From Candidatus Magasanikiibacteriota bacterium (GTDB taxonomy: Bacteria > Patescibacteriota > Patescibacteriia > Magasanikbacterales > UBA922): a DNA stretch of 64,000 bases. The notes beneath the pieces are model-generated. The model was not told where the DNA came from. It did not search any database and saw only the letters and a program-made list of their open reading frames with translations. Every line of letters begins with the position of its first letter. The first letter of the stretch is position 1. Below are positions 10,306-20,200 of the stretch, piece by piece. The translations under genes were made by a program, and so were the position numbers. The DNA lies in the NCBI GenBank assembly GCA_052033375.1, contig JBPOJQ010000006.1:24791-88790 (forward strand). The letters are read 5' to 3'.

Positions 10306-11508
10306 TTATTTCTGAAATACATTAACCAAATCAGAGAGTGCAATATCCAGTCGCTGAATATCTTCTTCATTCGTATACAGGCCAATTGAAACGCGTGCAG
10401 TTCCCTGTGGCATACCCAACACGTTTACAAGCGGCATCGTACAGTGATGACCAGCACGAATCGCAATATTTTTTTCATTCAAAAATCCGGCGATATCATG
10501 TGGATGAATCCCTTCAATTGCAAACGATACAACTCCAATTCTTTTACCCAACTCATTCGTACCGATTATTTTTCCATATTTTGATACAACCTCAACAAGC
10601 TCTTTAGTTAAATTTTTCTCATGCTCTACAACAACATCCCAATCAATACCAGTAATGAATTTCAAAGCAGCTCCAAGTCCAATCACACCTGCAATATTCG
10701 GCGTACCCGCTTCAAACCTACGAGGAATTTCTGCCCACGTGGTTTTTTCATAACTAACCGTATCAATCATGTCTCCACCAAAACTTGCAGGGCTCAGCTT
10801 TTCCAATGCAGTAGTCTTGCCATAGACAATTCCAATGCCAGTTGGCCCATACATTTTGTGTCCTGAACATACCAAGAAATCACAATCCAATTTTTTCACA
10901 TCAATCTGTATGTGAGACACAGACTGTGCAGCATCAACAATGACGAATGCACCGACTCCATGAGCAAGTTTTGTAATCTTTTCAATCGGTAAAATAGTCC
11001 CAAGCGTATTTGATACATGTGCAACGCTCACGATTTTTACCCGCTTATCAAAATATTTTTCCAAATCAGCGTCTAGTTCAAATGTTTCGTTATTTACAGA
11101 CATAAATTGCAACTGGGCTCCAGTTCGTTTTGCAAGTTCTTGCCAAGGAATCAGATTTGCATGATGTTCAAATTCGGTCAACAAAATTACATCGTCTTTT
11201 GAAATGAGATGCTCAAGTCCATATGCAAGCTTATTGATCCCATCCGTAGTGCCTGAAGTAAAAAATATTTCTTTTTCTTCAGCGCCAAAAAATTGAGCCG
11301 TTTGTTTTCGAACTCCCTCATACATTTCACTCGCCTTTTCACTATCAGAATACACACCGCGATGAATATTTGATCGATACTGTGTATAATATTTGTTCAT
11401 TGCATCAAGGACACTATCTGGCGTAAGCGAACTTGCGGCGCTATCAAAATACACGTAGTCAGGACGGTTTTTGAGAATGTTAAATTGTGGGCGTATCTTT
11501 TCATTCAT
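10306..11508 (-). CDS. sufS: Cysteine desulfurase SufS
   Basis: YFDSAAS, SGHKMYGPTG, RAGHHCT (group II desulfurase). Confidence 0.95.
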   Translation of the reverse strand: MNEKIRPQFNILKNRPDYVYFDSAASSLTPDSVLDAMNKYYTQYRSNIHRGVYSDSEKASEMYEGVRKQTAQFFGAEEKEIFFTSGTTDGINKLAYGLEHLISKDDVILLTEFEHHANLIPWQELAKRTGAQLQFMSVNNETFELDADLEKYFDKRVKIVSVAHVSNTLGTILPIEKITKLAHGVGAFVIVDAAQSVSHIQIDVKKLDCDFLVCSGHKMYGPTGIGIVYGKTTALEKLSPASFGGDMIDTVSYEKTTWAEIPRRFEAGTPNIAGVIGLGAALKFITGIDWDVVVEHEKNLTKELVEVVSKYGKIIGTNELGKRIGVVSFAIEGIHPHDIAGFLNEKNIAIRAGHHCTMPLVNVLGMPQGTARVSIGLYTNEEDIQRLDIALSDLVNVFQK

Positions 11509-11509
11509 A

Positions 11510-12565
11510 TTAGACAGCTAGATTTCGATGCATTCTTTCTTGCAATGTTATGTGTGCATTTTCATCAGAAATAGCATCCAGACAAGGAGATACATGTCCG
11601 TCTACAAAAAGCTGTGCAGCATTCTTCTCACTAATTCCCCTACTCTGTGCGTAGAATAATTTTTCTCGATCAATATGTGCAGTAGTGACTCCATGCGAAC
11701 ACTTCACATCACTATTTTCAATTTCAAGATTAGGCACTGCATTCACCTCAGCACTATTAGACAATACCAAACTATCTTCTTTCTGATATCCTGTACATCC
11801 TACAGACTTCTCATCAATATGGATAAGCCCCTGATACAATGCTTTTGCTTTGCCATTCAATACACCTTTGGTAAGCATATCAGACGTCGTGTGTGACGCG
11901 AGATGGTACATGGAATGGTACATATCAACTACAGTACTGCCTGCAAGCGCAAATATTCCCTTTACTTCAGCTCGACTCCCAGGTTCGTATAAATATGTTC
12001 TAATGTGAGACTGAATCAATTCCCCCTCAATAGTGCCTTCCATCCATTTAATCAATGAATTTTCTTGCAAATACGCATTTCGGAGTACTGTTCGCATACT
12101 TGTATGTTCAGGGTGAGCCACAAACGTAACCTCAGCACCTTTTCCTACAATAATATCAAGCGTATATCCGAGATAAGCACTTCCCGTAATCGATTCAGCA
12201 AGAATAACTTTTGCTCCATCTTCAATAGCAATAACCACATGAGTTCGTGAAGAATTCTGTATGTCTAACAAAAGAGTGTGAGTAGTCAACGTGTTTGTGT
12301 TTTTAACAGTAAAATAAAATTCATCAGTAGGCTGTGTATGTACTAAATTAAAAAGTGGAAAATCGAAGAGATGCTTACTTACAATTGAGCTAAGTTTTTC
12401 ATTTTTTTCTAAAATCGATTGAAGCGTGTTCTTATCACCAACTTCAGAATTTGAAAGTGAAACCACGCTCGATGATGCTTCGAATTTGAGCGTATCATAA
12501 GCCAGTGGCTCAAAATTCATGAGCATTCCTATACCATAGTGAATTGTATAGGGAGTTGATTTCAT
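11510..12565 (-). CDS. sufD: Fe-S cluster assembly protein SufD
   Basis: PNLEIENSDVKCSHG, LFYAQSRGI; operon context. Confidence 0.9.
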   Translation of the reverse strand: MKSTPYTIHYGIGMLMNFEPLAYDTLKFEASSSVVSLSNSEVGDKNTLQSILEKNEKLSSIVSKHLFDFPLFNLVHTQPTDEFYFTVKNTNTLTTHTLLLDIQNSSRTHVVIAIEDGAKVILAESITGSAYLGYTLDIIVGKGAEVTFVAHPEHTSMRTVLRNAYLQENSLIKWMEGTIEGELIQSHIRTYLYEPGSRAEVKGIFALAGSTVVDMYHSMYHLASHTTSDMLTKGVLNGKAKALYQGLIHIDEKSVGCTGYQKEDSLVLSNSAEVNAVPNLEIENSDVKCSHGVTTAHIDREKLFYAQSRGISEKNAAQLFVDGHVSPCLDAISDENAHITLQERMHRNLAV

Positions 12566-12635
12566 AATTGACTTTTGTATAAATAATGTTAGTATCTGAT
12601 GAATCGGACGCCTCCACCGTCCGGAAGGAGAAAAA

Positions 12636-12821
12636 ATGACCAGGCGGAGACAAGAGGACCGACGTCGAAGGAGAAAGGCAGGTCGTCATGGTGTCGCGAT
12701 GTTGGATTTTCTCATGAAGATGGAAATCATCTCGAACTGCCTCGGAGAAAACGAACAAGTAGTAGAAGGGTCAGAGGAGGAGAATGGAGAGGAGGATCCT
12801 GCGGACGGCGAGAACGAGTAG
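12636..12821 (+). CDS. Orphan 61-aa protein (Arg-rich N-terminus, acidic C-terminus) antisense inside the suf operon
   Basis: AAGGAG SD just upstream of the ATG, TTGACT...TAGTAT promoter-like motif near 12568, downstream hairpin. Confidence 0.5.
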   Translation: MTRRRQEDRRRRRKAGRHGVAMLDFLMKMEIISNCLGENEQVVEGSEEENGEEDPADGENE

Positions 12822-12929
12822 TCTCGCACCGTGTAGATGCCACGCGCTGCGCCAGACAAGTCTCCCACTCGGGATCGACGACTCTGGTGTGGCGCTTCTT
12901 AATTTTAAAATAATGTTACATACATTTGT

Positions 12930-14336
12930 TTACCCCACACTCCCTTCCATCTCAAGCTCAATAAGTTTATTCAACTCAAGCGCATATTCCAGCGGAAGTG
13001 ATTTAATTACTGGCTCAATAAAACCCGAAACTACCAAATTCATTGCAGCTTCTTCTGAAAGCCCACGTGATTGCAAATAAAAAATCTCATCATCACCTAT
13101 TTTTCCCACCCGCGCCTCATGCGCAATATCAGTCGTACTATTATTAATCTTCATGTACGGATACGTATTGGAAATTGCATCGTCCCCAATCAGAAGCGCA
13201 TCACACTCGACAGATACTTTTGAGCGCTCGGCACCTTTAGCAACTTTTACCAATCCTCGATATGAGGTGATTCCTCCATTAACTGAAATGGACTTTGCTT
13301 TAATGGTAGATTTCGTATCCGGTGCCACGTGAATTGCCTTGGCACCCGTATCCTGATTCTGTCCTGGACCCGCAAACGCAACTCCGAGACTGTCAGACCG
13401 TGCTCCACGTCCACGAAGAACAGATGATGGATAGAGCATAGTTGTGCCTGATCCCATATTTCCATTCACCCATTCAATTACCGCTTCTTCGTCGACAAGC
13501 GCACGCTTCGTATTAAGATTATAGGTATTCTTTGACCAATTCTCGATTGATGAATACCGGCATCGACCACCTTTTTTTACGAATATCTCTACTCCACCTG
13601 CATGAAGTGAATTAGCATTGTATCGTGGCGCTGAACATCCTTCGATATAGTGAAGCTCTGCACCCTCATCAACAATAATCAGCGTATGTTCGAATTGCCC
13701 ACCTTTTTCTGCGTTCATTCTGAAATAGGCTTGCAATGGCAACTCAACTTTCACATTCTTTGGTACATAAATAAACGTACCACCAGACCATACCGCCGCA
13801 TGAAGCATAATAAATTTATGGTCATTGATCGGAATACATTGTGTCATGAAATATTCCTTCACCAAATCAGGATATTGCTGTACTGCCACATCCATATTTT
13901 CAAAAATCACACCCTTCGCTTTGAGGTCATCCTTGATCTTGTGATATACCACATCACTGTCATATTGTGCCCCGGCTCCCCCCAGTGCTGTTCGTTCAGC
14001 CTCTGGAATTCCCAATTTTTCAAATGTTTTCTTGATATCCTCTGGTACCTCTTTCCAATCAGAAGATTCTTTCGCATCCGGACGAATAAAATAGACAATC
14101 TCATCGAGATTTAATTTCGATAAATCAGGCCCCCAGGTAGGAACTGTTGTTTGTTTAAAAAACTCAAATGCCTTGAGCCGTTTTTCAAGCATCCAACTCG
14201 GTTCTTTTTTCTGCTCTGAAATTTCACGAATAATATTTTCACTGAATCCTGGCGCAGTCTTAAAAACAGACCGGTCAGCATTTGCTGAGTCATACAAACT
14301 TCTATCTATCTCAATTATTTGTGGAGCCTTAGACAT
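12930..14336 (-). CDS. sufB: Fe-S cluster assembly protein SufB
   Basis: GQFEHTLII, YIEGCSAP, NWSKNTYN, YLQSRGLSE. Confidence 0.97.
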   Translation of the reverse strand: MSKAPQIIEIDRSLYDSANADRSVFKTAPGFSENIIREISEQKKEPSWMLEKRLKAFEFFKQTTVPTWGPDLSKLNLDEIVYFIRPDAKESSDWKEVPEDIKKTFEKLGIPEAERTALGGAGAQYDSDVVYHKIKDDLKAKGVIFENMDVAVQQYPDLVKEYFMTQCIPINDHKFIMLHAAVWSGGTFIYVPKNVKVELPLQAYFRMNAEKGGQFEHTLIIVDEGAELHYIEGCSAPRYNANSLHAGGVEIFVKKGGRCRYSSIENWSKNTYNLNTKRALVDEEAVIEWVNGNMGSGTTMLYPSSVLRGRGARSDSLGVAFAGPGQNQDTGAKAIHVAPDTKSTIKAKSISVNGGITSYRGLVKVAKGAERSKVSVECDALLIGDDAISNTYPYMKINNSTTDIAHEARVGKIGDDEIFYLQSRGLSEEAAMNLVVSGFIEPVIKSLPLEYALELNKLIELEMEGSVG

Positions 14337-14432
14337 ATAGTTTAGATTGACCTGAAAAGCCCAAAATGCTTAAAAGGCTGGAAAGGTTTTAAAGCCTCTT
14401 AGACCTCTCGGGCATTTCAAGACTTTTGAGCT

Positions 14433-15617
14433 TTATAGCTGCATTTTTTTCACTTTCTCCACAATCGTTGGCAACACCTCCAACACACGCTGAATCTCAC
14501 CATCAGTCGTATGTTTCCCCAGAGTAAATCGAATTGCGCTATTTTTTCTCCCCGTATCATACCCACATGCTTCCAACACATGCGAACCCGATCGAGAATC
14601 CTCTGCACACGCAGAACCAGTGCTTACGCAAATTCCCTGTGCATCGAGATATAGAACCAGCGCTTCTCCAGGAACGCCAATAAATGAAACATTAAGATTG
14701 TTTGGTAGACGTCTCACATCAGTAATTTCAGGACCATTCAAAAAAACACCGGGGACACGCTCCTTAATTCCATTCCACAGACGATCACGGAGTGTTTGTA
14801 TTTTTGTATAATATAAACCAGGGGAAACGCGGGTGATTGCTTCAGTCATGCCGACCACCATGGACATATCTATGGTTCCACTTCTTCTACCTTGCTGTTG
14901 TCCACCACCTACAATCAAGGGATCTAATTCGACCCCACGACGGACATACAAAATTCCCGAAGATTTCGGTCCATACAACTTTCCACCGTTACACGACAAC
15001 AAATCAACGTGTAATTTTTCGACTGATAATTCGAGATATAATACGCTCTGACATGCATCAACATGTATCAGTGGGTACTGCGTCTTTTCTTTTTTTCGAT
15101 ATTTCAAAATTTCACGCCCAATATCTGCAACTGGCTGCACCGAACCGATTTCATTATTAGCATGCATGATTGATATGAGAATAGTATCCGGACGAACTGC
15201 CTGCATTACATCTTCCACACGGACCAATCCATATTCGTCCACTGGCAGATAGGTAATCTCATAGCCATATTTTTCAAGTGTGCGAACTGACTCGAGTACT
15301 GCGCTGTGTTCAATTCGAGTCGTAATAATATGTTTTCCATGTTTTCCATGACTTCGTGCAACACCGAGTATGGCCGTATTGACAGATTCACTCCCACCAC
15401 TTACATACGTAATCGTATCAGAAGTAGTGCAAAAAAAATCAGCAACTCGCCGAGTACACTCAACATATGTTTCTAGCAATTTTTTTGATGATTGATACAA
15501 TGAAGAAGGATTAGTAAATGCATCAGAAAAATATGGTTTCATCGATAAAAACACCTCATGATCGACAGGCGTAGCAGCTGCATAGTCGAGATATATTGTA
15601 TTTTTTTTGCCAAACAT
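14433..15617 (-). CDS. iscS: IscS/NifS-type cysteine desulfurase
   Basis: IYLDYAAATP, HANNEIG, GKLYGPK, STGSAC. Confidence 0.92.
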   Translation of the reverse strand: MFGKKNTIYLDYAAATPVDHEVFLSMKPYFSDAFTNPSSLYQSSKKLLETYVECTRRVADFFCTTSDTITYVSGGSESVNTAILGVARSHGKHGKHIITTRIEHSAVLESVRTLEKYGYEITYLPVDEYGLVRVEDVMQAVRPDTILISIMHANNEIGSVQPVADIGREILKYRKKEKTQYPLIHVDACQSVLYLELSVEKLHVDLLSCNGGKLYGPKSSGILYVRRGVELDPLIVGGGQQQGRRSGTIDMSMVVGMTEAITRVSPGLYYTKIQTLRDRLWNGIKERVPGVFLNGPEITDVRRLPNNLNVSFIGVPGEALVLYLDAQGICVSTGSACAEDSRSGSHVLEACGYDTGRKNSAIRFTLGKHTTDGEIQRVLEVLPTIVEKVKKMQL

Positions 15618-15618
15618 A

Positions 15619-16014
15619 TTAATGTGAAGAAACCAAAAATCGAGACCCAAGTAAATCAGCAATTTCTGCCTCCACAGAACGAAGTCGATGTTTTGCTGTA
15701 CATACCATTTCAAGTCCGCATTTCCCCCCTTTGGTGCATCCAAGGACAGAAAATGGCCCCTGTACCGCCTCAATCACTTCTCGAAAAGAAATACGCGAAG
15801 CTGGTTTGAGTAGTCGATACCCCCCATTGATTCCACGCACTGATTCAATCAGACCCGCTTCACGCAATGACTTAGCAATGCGTTGTAGAAAGAGAAACGA
15901 TATGGTACTCTGTTTAGAAAATGCACCCAAACTCAATAATTCACCTTCCGTAAGCTTGGAAAGCGCAATAATGAGTTCGACTGCGTAATCTGTCTGTTTA
16001 CCTATCGAAAACAT
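15619..16014 (-). CDS. Rrf2-family transcriptional regulator (IscR-like, three Cys)
   Basis: DYA, GLIESVRGINGGYRL, CTKGGKCGLEMVC. Confidence 0.92.
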   Translation of the reverse strand: MFSIGKQTDYAVELIIALSKLTEGELLSLGAFSKQSTISFLFLQRIAKSLREAGLIESVRGINGGYRLLKPASRISFREVIEAVQGPFSVLGCTKGGKCGLEMVCTAKHRLRSVEAEIADLLGSRFLVSSH

Positions 16015-16023
16015 AGCGTATTA

Positions 16024-16076
16024 TTGCAAAATTCATACTTCTACAGTATGATATATGAATTGCACCTAACTGTCAA
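16024..16076. promoter_or_regulatory. Overlapping divergent sigma70 promoters with a palindromic operator
   Basis: Plus strand TTGCAA-N17-TATGAT; minus strand TTGACA-N17-TATCAT; palindrome TCATAC-N7-GTATGA at 16033-16051 overlaps both -10 boxes. Confidence 0.65.
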
Positions 16077-16081
16077 CCATT

Positions 16082-16765
16082 ATGGAGAGCTACAAAACCA
16101 AACTTCTTGAAAAGAAAAAAATCGCCGATGCCATCATTGAAATGCGTTTTGCGAAGCCAAAAAATTTCAACTTTCAAGCAGGACAATTTATCCAAATTGA
16201 GGTTCCGCAACCCAATAAAACAATCTTTCGTTCCTATTCATTATCTTCTGCACCTCAAGACGAATATTTTGAACTTTGTGTAAAACTCTATGAGACCGGA
16301 CTCGCGTCTCATCTATTCAATACCCTAAATATTGGAGAAGAAATATCATTCAAAGGTCCGGTAGGCAGATTTGTATTACACTCACAGGATGCTGAGGTAC
16401 ACTTTATTGCAACAGGCGTAGGGCTCGCCCCAATCATGGGTATTATTCGTGATGAATTATTATACAAAAAAAATACCCACAATATGCATCTCATTTTTGG
16501 TGTTCGTCATGAAAAAGATATTTTTTGGACTACTGAGCTCGATCAACTTCAACAAATGCATCCCAATTTTACCTACTCCCTTACATTATCTCAGCCAGAT
16601 AAATCATGGACTGGATTGCGTGGCCGAGTAACAGAACATATTCCTGAAAATACCTCCACCATGGATGCATTCCTTTGCGGAAGCGCCGACATGGTACAGA
16701 CAGTTCGAGATATATTAAGAAATCGAGGCACTGATCCAAAACATATTCATTTTGAAATATTTTAA
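16082..16765 (+). CDS. Ferredoxin-NAD(P)+ reductase-like FAD-binding oxidoreductase
   Basis: RSYSLSS, GPVGRF, ATGVGLAP, FLCGS, HFEIF. Confidence 0.92.
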   Translation: MESYKTKLLEKKKIADAIIEMRFAKPKNFNFQAGQFIQIEVPQPNKTIFRSYSLSSAPQDEYFELCVKLYETGLASHLFNTLNIGEEISFKGPVGRFVLHSQDAEVHFIATGVGLAPIMGIIRDELLYKKNTHNMHLIFGVRHEKDIFWTTELDQLQQMHPNFTYSLTLSQPDKSWTGLRGRVTEHIPENTSTMDAFLCGSADMVQTVRDILRNRGTDPKHIHFEIF

Positions 16766-16822
16766 AAATCCTCCTATATGGAGGATTTTTATTTGCACGT
16801 TGTAAATATCCCTTATAAATTT

Positions 16823-17407
16823 CTAAAATGGTAACGTCAAGTTTACTCCACCCTGTACAGCACCCTGACCCACAACAGCCTTTGGTTTGGGATCAAAATT
16901 CACAGGAAATGGTTGAATTTCTCCGGTGAGAGTTGGGAAATAAAGCATCTTATTTTTTCGACCAAAGTCATACAATTCCTTGGTAACTTTTACATCCTGC
17001 TCACAATATTTTTTAATCAAATCTATTTTTCCTTCCTTATACCACTCCATAGCCTGGAGCCCATCAGCACTTTTCTCAATTTGCAATGTTGCTTTTGCAA
17101 GATCATTCAATTTGAAGCGTTTTCCTGCAGAATCTTTGACCACTTTCAATAAATCGAGGTGCGGGAATTGTGAAATATTCCCTGCATAGTATTTTTTCAA
17201 TACTGCCAAATCAAATGATTCGCTATTGAATCCAATCAATCGCTCAGCTTTCTCAAAAATAGTCCACAGAGATCCAAGCTCGTGTTCATCAAACGAGCGA
17301 TATGAATCAGTCTCGTACTCATATACGGAGACCACCGTAACTTTCAATGAATCGAAATCTCGAATATCGCCAATTGTTTCGATATCAAACACTACTTCTC
17401 GTGACAT
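16823..17407 (-). CDS. RNase H-like (DEDD/YprB-type) exonuclease domain protein
   Basis: VVFDIET, GFNSESFD, YCEQDV. Confidence 0.85.
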   Translation of the reverse strand: MSREVVFDIETIGDIRDFDSLKVTVVSVYEYETDSYRSFDEHELGSLWTIFEKAERLIGFNSESFDLAVLKKYYAGNISQFPHLDLLKVVKDSAGKRFKLNDLAKATLQIEKSADGLQAMEWYKEGKIDLIKKYCEQDVKVTKELYDFGRKNKMLYFPTLTGEIQPFPVNFDPKPKAVVGQGAVQGGVNLTLPF

Positions 17408-17413
17408 AGAATA

Positions 17414-17767
17414 TTACTGTTTCTTAAATTTGACTGAAAAAACTGGTTCGTAATTATTCTTATATTCATCAGAGAGTTCGAATGTTTCGCCTTTCATCAT
17501 CTTCGTCAGCGCCATATCATTCAACATTTCAGTATCAGATTCAATATCAATTTTCAAATCATCAAGTTTCTGCATTTCTCCTGAAAATCCTTCTTTAATC
17601 GCTGTCTCTACGCGTTTCTTATTTTCACGAAGGGCTTTCATTTTTTCCATCAATTCCTGATATTCACCATTTCCATCAAGTGCGTCTCTCAGCATTACTT
17701 TGATATCTTTCATTTTTTTTCGAGTCTCCTGAATACGATTGAAAATTGACTGTATGTCTTGTTCCAT
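17414..17767 (-). CDS. Hypothetical coiled-coil protein
   Basis: 117-aa charged helical ORF directly upstream of the exonuclease. Confidence 0.75.
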   Translation of the reverse strand: MEQDIQSIFNRIQETRKKMKDIKVMLRDALDGNGEYQELMEKMKALRENKKRVETAIKEGFSGEMQKLDDLKIDIESDTEMLNDMALTKMMKGETFELSDEYKNNYEPVFSVKFKKQ

Positions 17768-17911
17768 AGAATAGAATTTATGTAAGTGAAGAATAGTGTA
17801 CCATGTTGAAAAACAATGAGCAACTACTCATACATATCGCGGCTCACATAACACATACTACAACAATTCAAATTTCGTCTGATACATGGTGCGTGATATA
17901 TAAAACAATTT

Positions 17912-19126
17912 CTACAGCCTATCCTTGTATTTTGCAACCTGGTTTTCAAATCCCGACCGATGCTCTTCGTTGATCGGATCCCCTGGAGGAAACTCAACCT
18001 TAAGAGGATTCACCAGAGCCCCATTCTGTCTGATCTGATAATGGAGATGAGGTCCAGTGGAAAGTCCGGTCGATCCCACATATCCAATCACCTGTCCTTG
18101 TACGACACGGCTACCTGATTTAATACCCTTAGCAAAGGCAGATAAATGAGCATATTCAGTAGTAAACTTATCATTATGCTTAATACTGACAAAATTTCCA
18201 TATCCACCGCTATTCCAACCCGCAAATACGACCATACCATCTCCTACTGCCATAATCGGTGTACCCGCCGCAGCAGCATAATCAATCGCAAGATGTGTCG
18301 TATTCCTACCCAGTATAGGATGGAAGCGTGCTGTCGTATATCCAGACGTAATACGTTTATACTCAAGCGGTGCTCGCAAAAATGCCTTGATCATTGATTC
18401 ACCCACTTCATTAAAATATGAAGGCTTCCCTTTTTCTTGTTCATACAAAAATCCATATAACTCCTTTCCATTATTTACAAATTTCCCTGCGCGAACCAAT
18501 CCTGTACCAGCATCAACACCATTTCGTTTGCGCTTCTCATAAATCATAGAAAATGCATCTCCATGCTGTACTTGGGTAGAAAAATCAATCGTCCATGCGA
18601 ATATATCAGCAAATTGCATAATCACCGCATCGGGAATTCCAAGCGCAAGCCCCTCAAGATATAGAGACGAGGAAACAGTGCCAGTGATGACTACCTCCTC
18701 GACATCGTATTCAATCGGGATAATTTCAGTTCGTGCATCCGCAAAATAAAAACGGACGATAACATCTCTGTCTCGTTCGTAGTCCAGATATACCATGGAG
18801 CCATCTTCATCTCTTGCAAGCGTGAGCGGTTGTCCTATCTTTACCCGAGTGAAATCATACGTCGATGAAGCAGCATCAAGAATTTCAAGCATACGAGCAT
18901 AGGTAATCCCAAGTGCATCAGTTGCAATACCAAATGTATCGCCTGTAGCAATAATATGTGTCTTGAAAATAAATTGAGGTTCTGTCATCTGTCTAGAGGA
19001 AGAGGCGGTAGACGAACTACTGATGATTTTTTCACCCCGTATACTCCCTGCTTGTGAAATAAAAAAATAACTCAAGCCACCAAAGACTGAAACTAAAAAA
19101 AAGATACTAATGATTTTGAACTTCAT
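17912..19126 (-). CDS. M23-family murein DD-endopeptidase (MepM-like)
   Basis: N-terminal TM, HLAIDYAA, YAHLS, GSTGLSTGPHLHY. Confidence 0.93.
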   Translation of the reverse strand: MKFKIISIFFLVSVFGGLSYFFISQAGSIRGEKIISSSSTASSSRQMTEPQFIFKTHIIATGDTFGIATDALGITYARMLEILDAASSTYDFTRVKIGQPLTLARDEDGSMVYLDYERDRDVIVRFYFADARTEIIPIEYDVEEVVITGTVSSSLYLEGLALGIPDAVIMQFADIFAWTIDFSTQVQHGDAFSMIYEKRKRNGVDAGTGLVRAGKFVNNGKELYGFLYEQEKGKPSYFNEVGESMIKAFLRAPLEYKRITSGYTTARFHPILGRNTTHLAIDYAAAAGTPIMAVGDGMVVFAGWNSGGYGNFVSIKHNDKFTTEYAHLSAFAKGIKSGSRVVQGQVIGYVGSTGLSTGPHLHYQIRQNGALVNPLKVEFPPGDPINEEHRSGFENQVAKYKDRL

Positions 19127-19224
19127 ATATGCGCACAAAAAACACCATCTCATAATATCAAAAATAAGATGCCATGTCATTACTGCTTGAAAAAATAGCT
19201 CGGTTGAGATAAGATGGCACTACA

Positions 19225-19267
19225 TGTCATCCCAAGTGAGGGGTCACACGACGAATCGAGGGATCTC
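19225..19267. repeat. Half copy of the TGTCATCC REP-like element upstream of fmt
   Basis: TGTCATCCCAAGTGAGGGG...CGAGGGATCTC resembles the left arm of 8396-8483. Confidence 0.55.
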
Positions 19268-19279
19268 TTGATTAAAAAT

Positions 19280-20200
19280 ATGCCCACAAAAATCGCTTTT
19301 TTCGGAACTCACGAATTTGGAGCAATCATACTCAAATCACTTGCACAGGATGATCGTTTTTTAGTTGATCTTGTGATAACACAACCAGATAAACCGGTAG
19401 GTAGAAAACAAGTACTCACTCCCCCACCAGTAAAAATTTTGGCCGACACATTAGGAATTAAAACAGAACAACCAGAAAATCTCAAAAACTTCCATCTTGA
19501 AAAAGATGAATTCGACGTAGCGGTAACTGCACAGTACGGACTATTGATTCCCTCTCATGTATTTAGCGAAACAAAGCATGGATGTATAAATGTACATACC
19601 TCGCTCCTGCCAAAATATCGTGGCGCATCACCAATTCAGTCAGCACTCATTAATGGAGAAGCAGAAACTGGAGTAACTATTATGGTTATGGACGCGGGTA
19701 TGGATACGGGAGATATCCTGTCACAAGAAAAAATTACAATTAATCCAGACGAAACGTACCCCGAGCTCGATATGAAGCTTGCTAAAATAGGCTCAACACT
19801 TCTCATGAAGACCTTGCCCGATTATATTAATGGAAAAATTATTCCTCAAAAACAGGATGAATCCAAAGTGACCGTGTGCAAAAAACTTTCACGTGATGAT
19901 GGGAAAATAAATTGGAATAACACTACTGAAGAAATTTATAATCTGTATCGTGGTACAAAACCCTGGCCAGGAATCTGGACAACCCTCAATGGAGAACGAG
20001 TGAAATTGCTTGAAATTAAACCAGCACAGGAAAAATTCGATCCGGGATATATACGGTGCAAAGAAGATACTATATTAGTTGGAACCAAAAACGGTTCAAT
20101 CAAAATTGAAAAAATTCAATTTGAAGGAAAACAATCGCTCGACGTAAACGCCTGTCTGGCGGGATATTGGCTCACGCTAGATGCACAAACATGTGAATAA
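19280..20200 (+). CDS. fmt: Methionyl-tRNA formyltransferase
   Basis: VITQPDKPVGR, INVHTSLLPKYRGASPI, MDTGD. Confidence 0.96.
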   Translation: MPTKIAFFGTHEFGAIILKSLAQDDRFLVDLVITQPDKPVGRKQVLTPPPVKILADTLGIKTEQPENLKNFHLEKDEFDVAVTAQYGLLIPSHVFSETKHGCINVHTSLLPKYRGASPIQSALINGEAETGVTIMVMDAGMDTGDILSQEKITINPDETYPELDMKLAKIGSTLLMKTLPDYINGKIIPQKQDESKVTVCKKLSRDDGKINWNNTTEEIYNLYRGTKPWPGIWTTLNGERVKLLEIKPAQEKFDPGYIRCKEDTILVGTKNGSIKIEKIQFEGKQSLDVNACLAGYWLTLDAQTCE

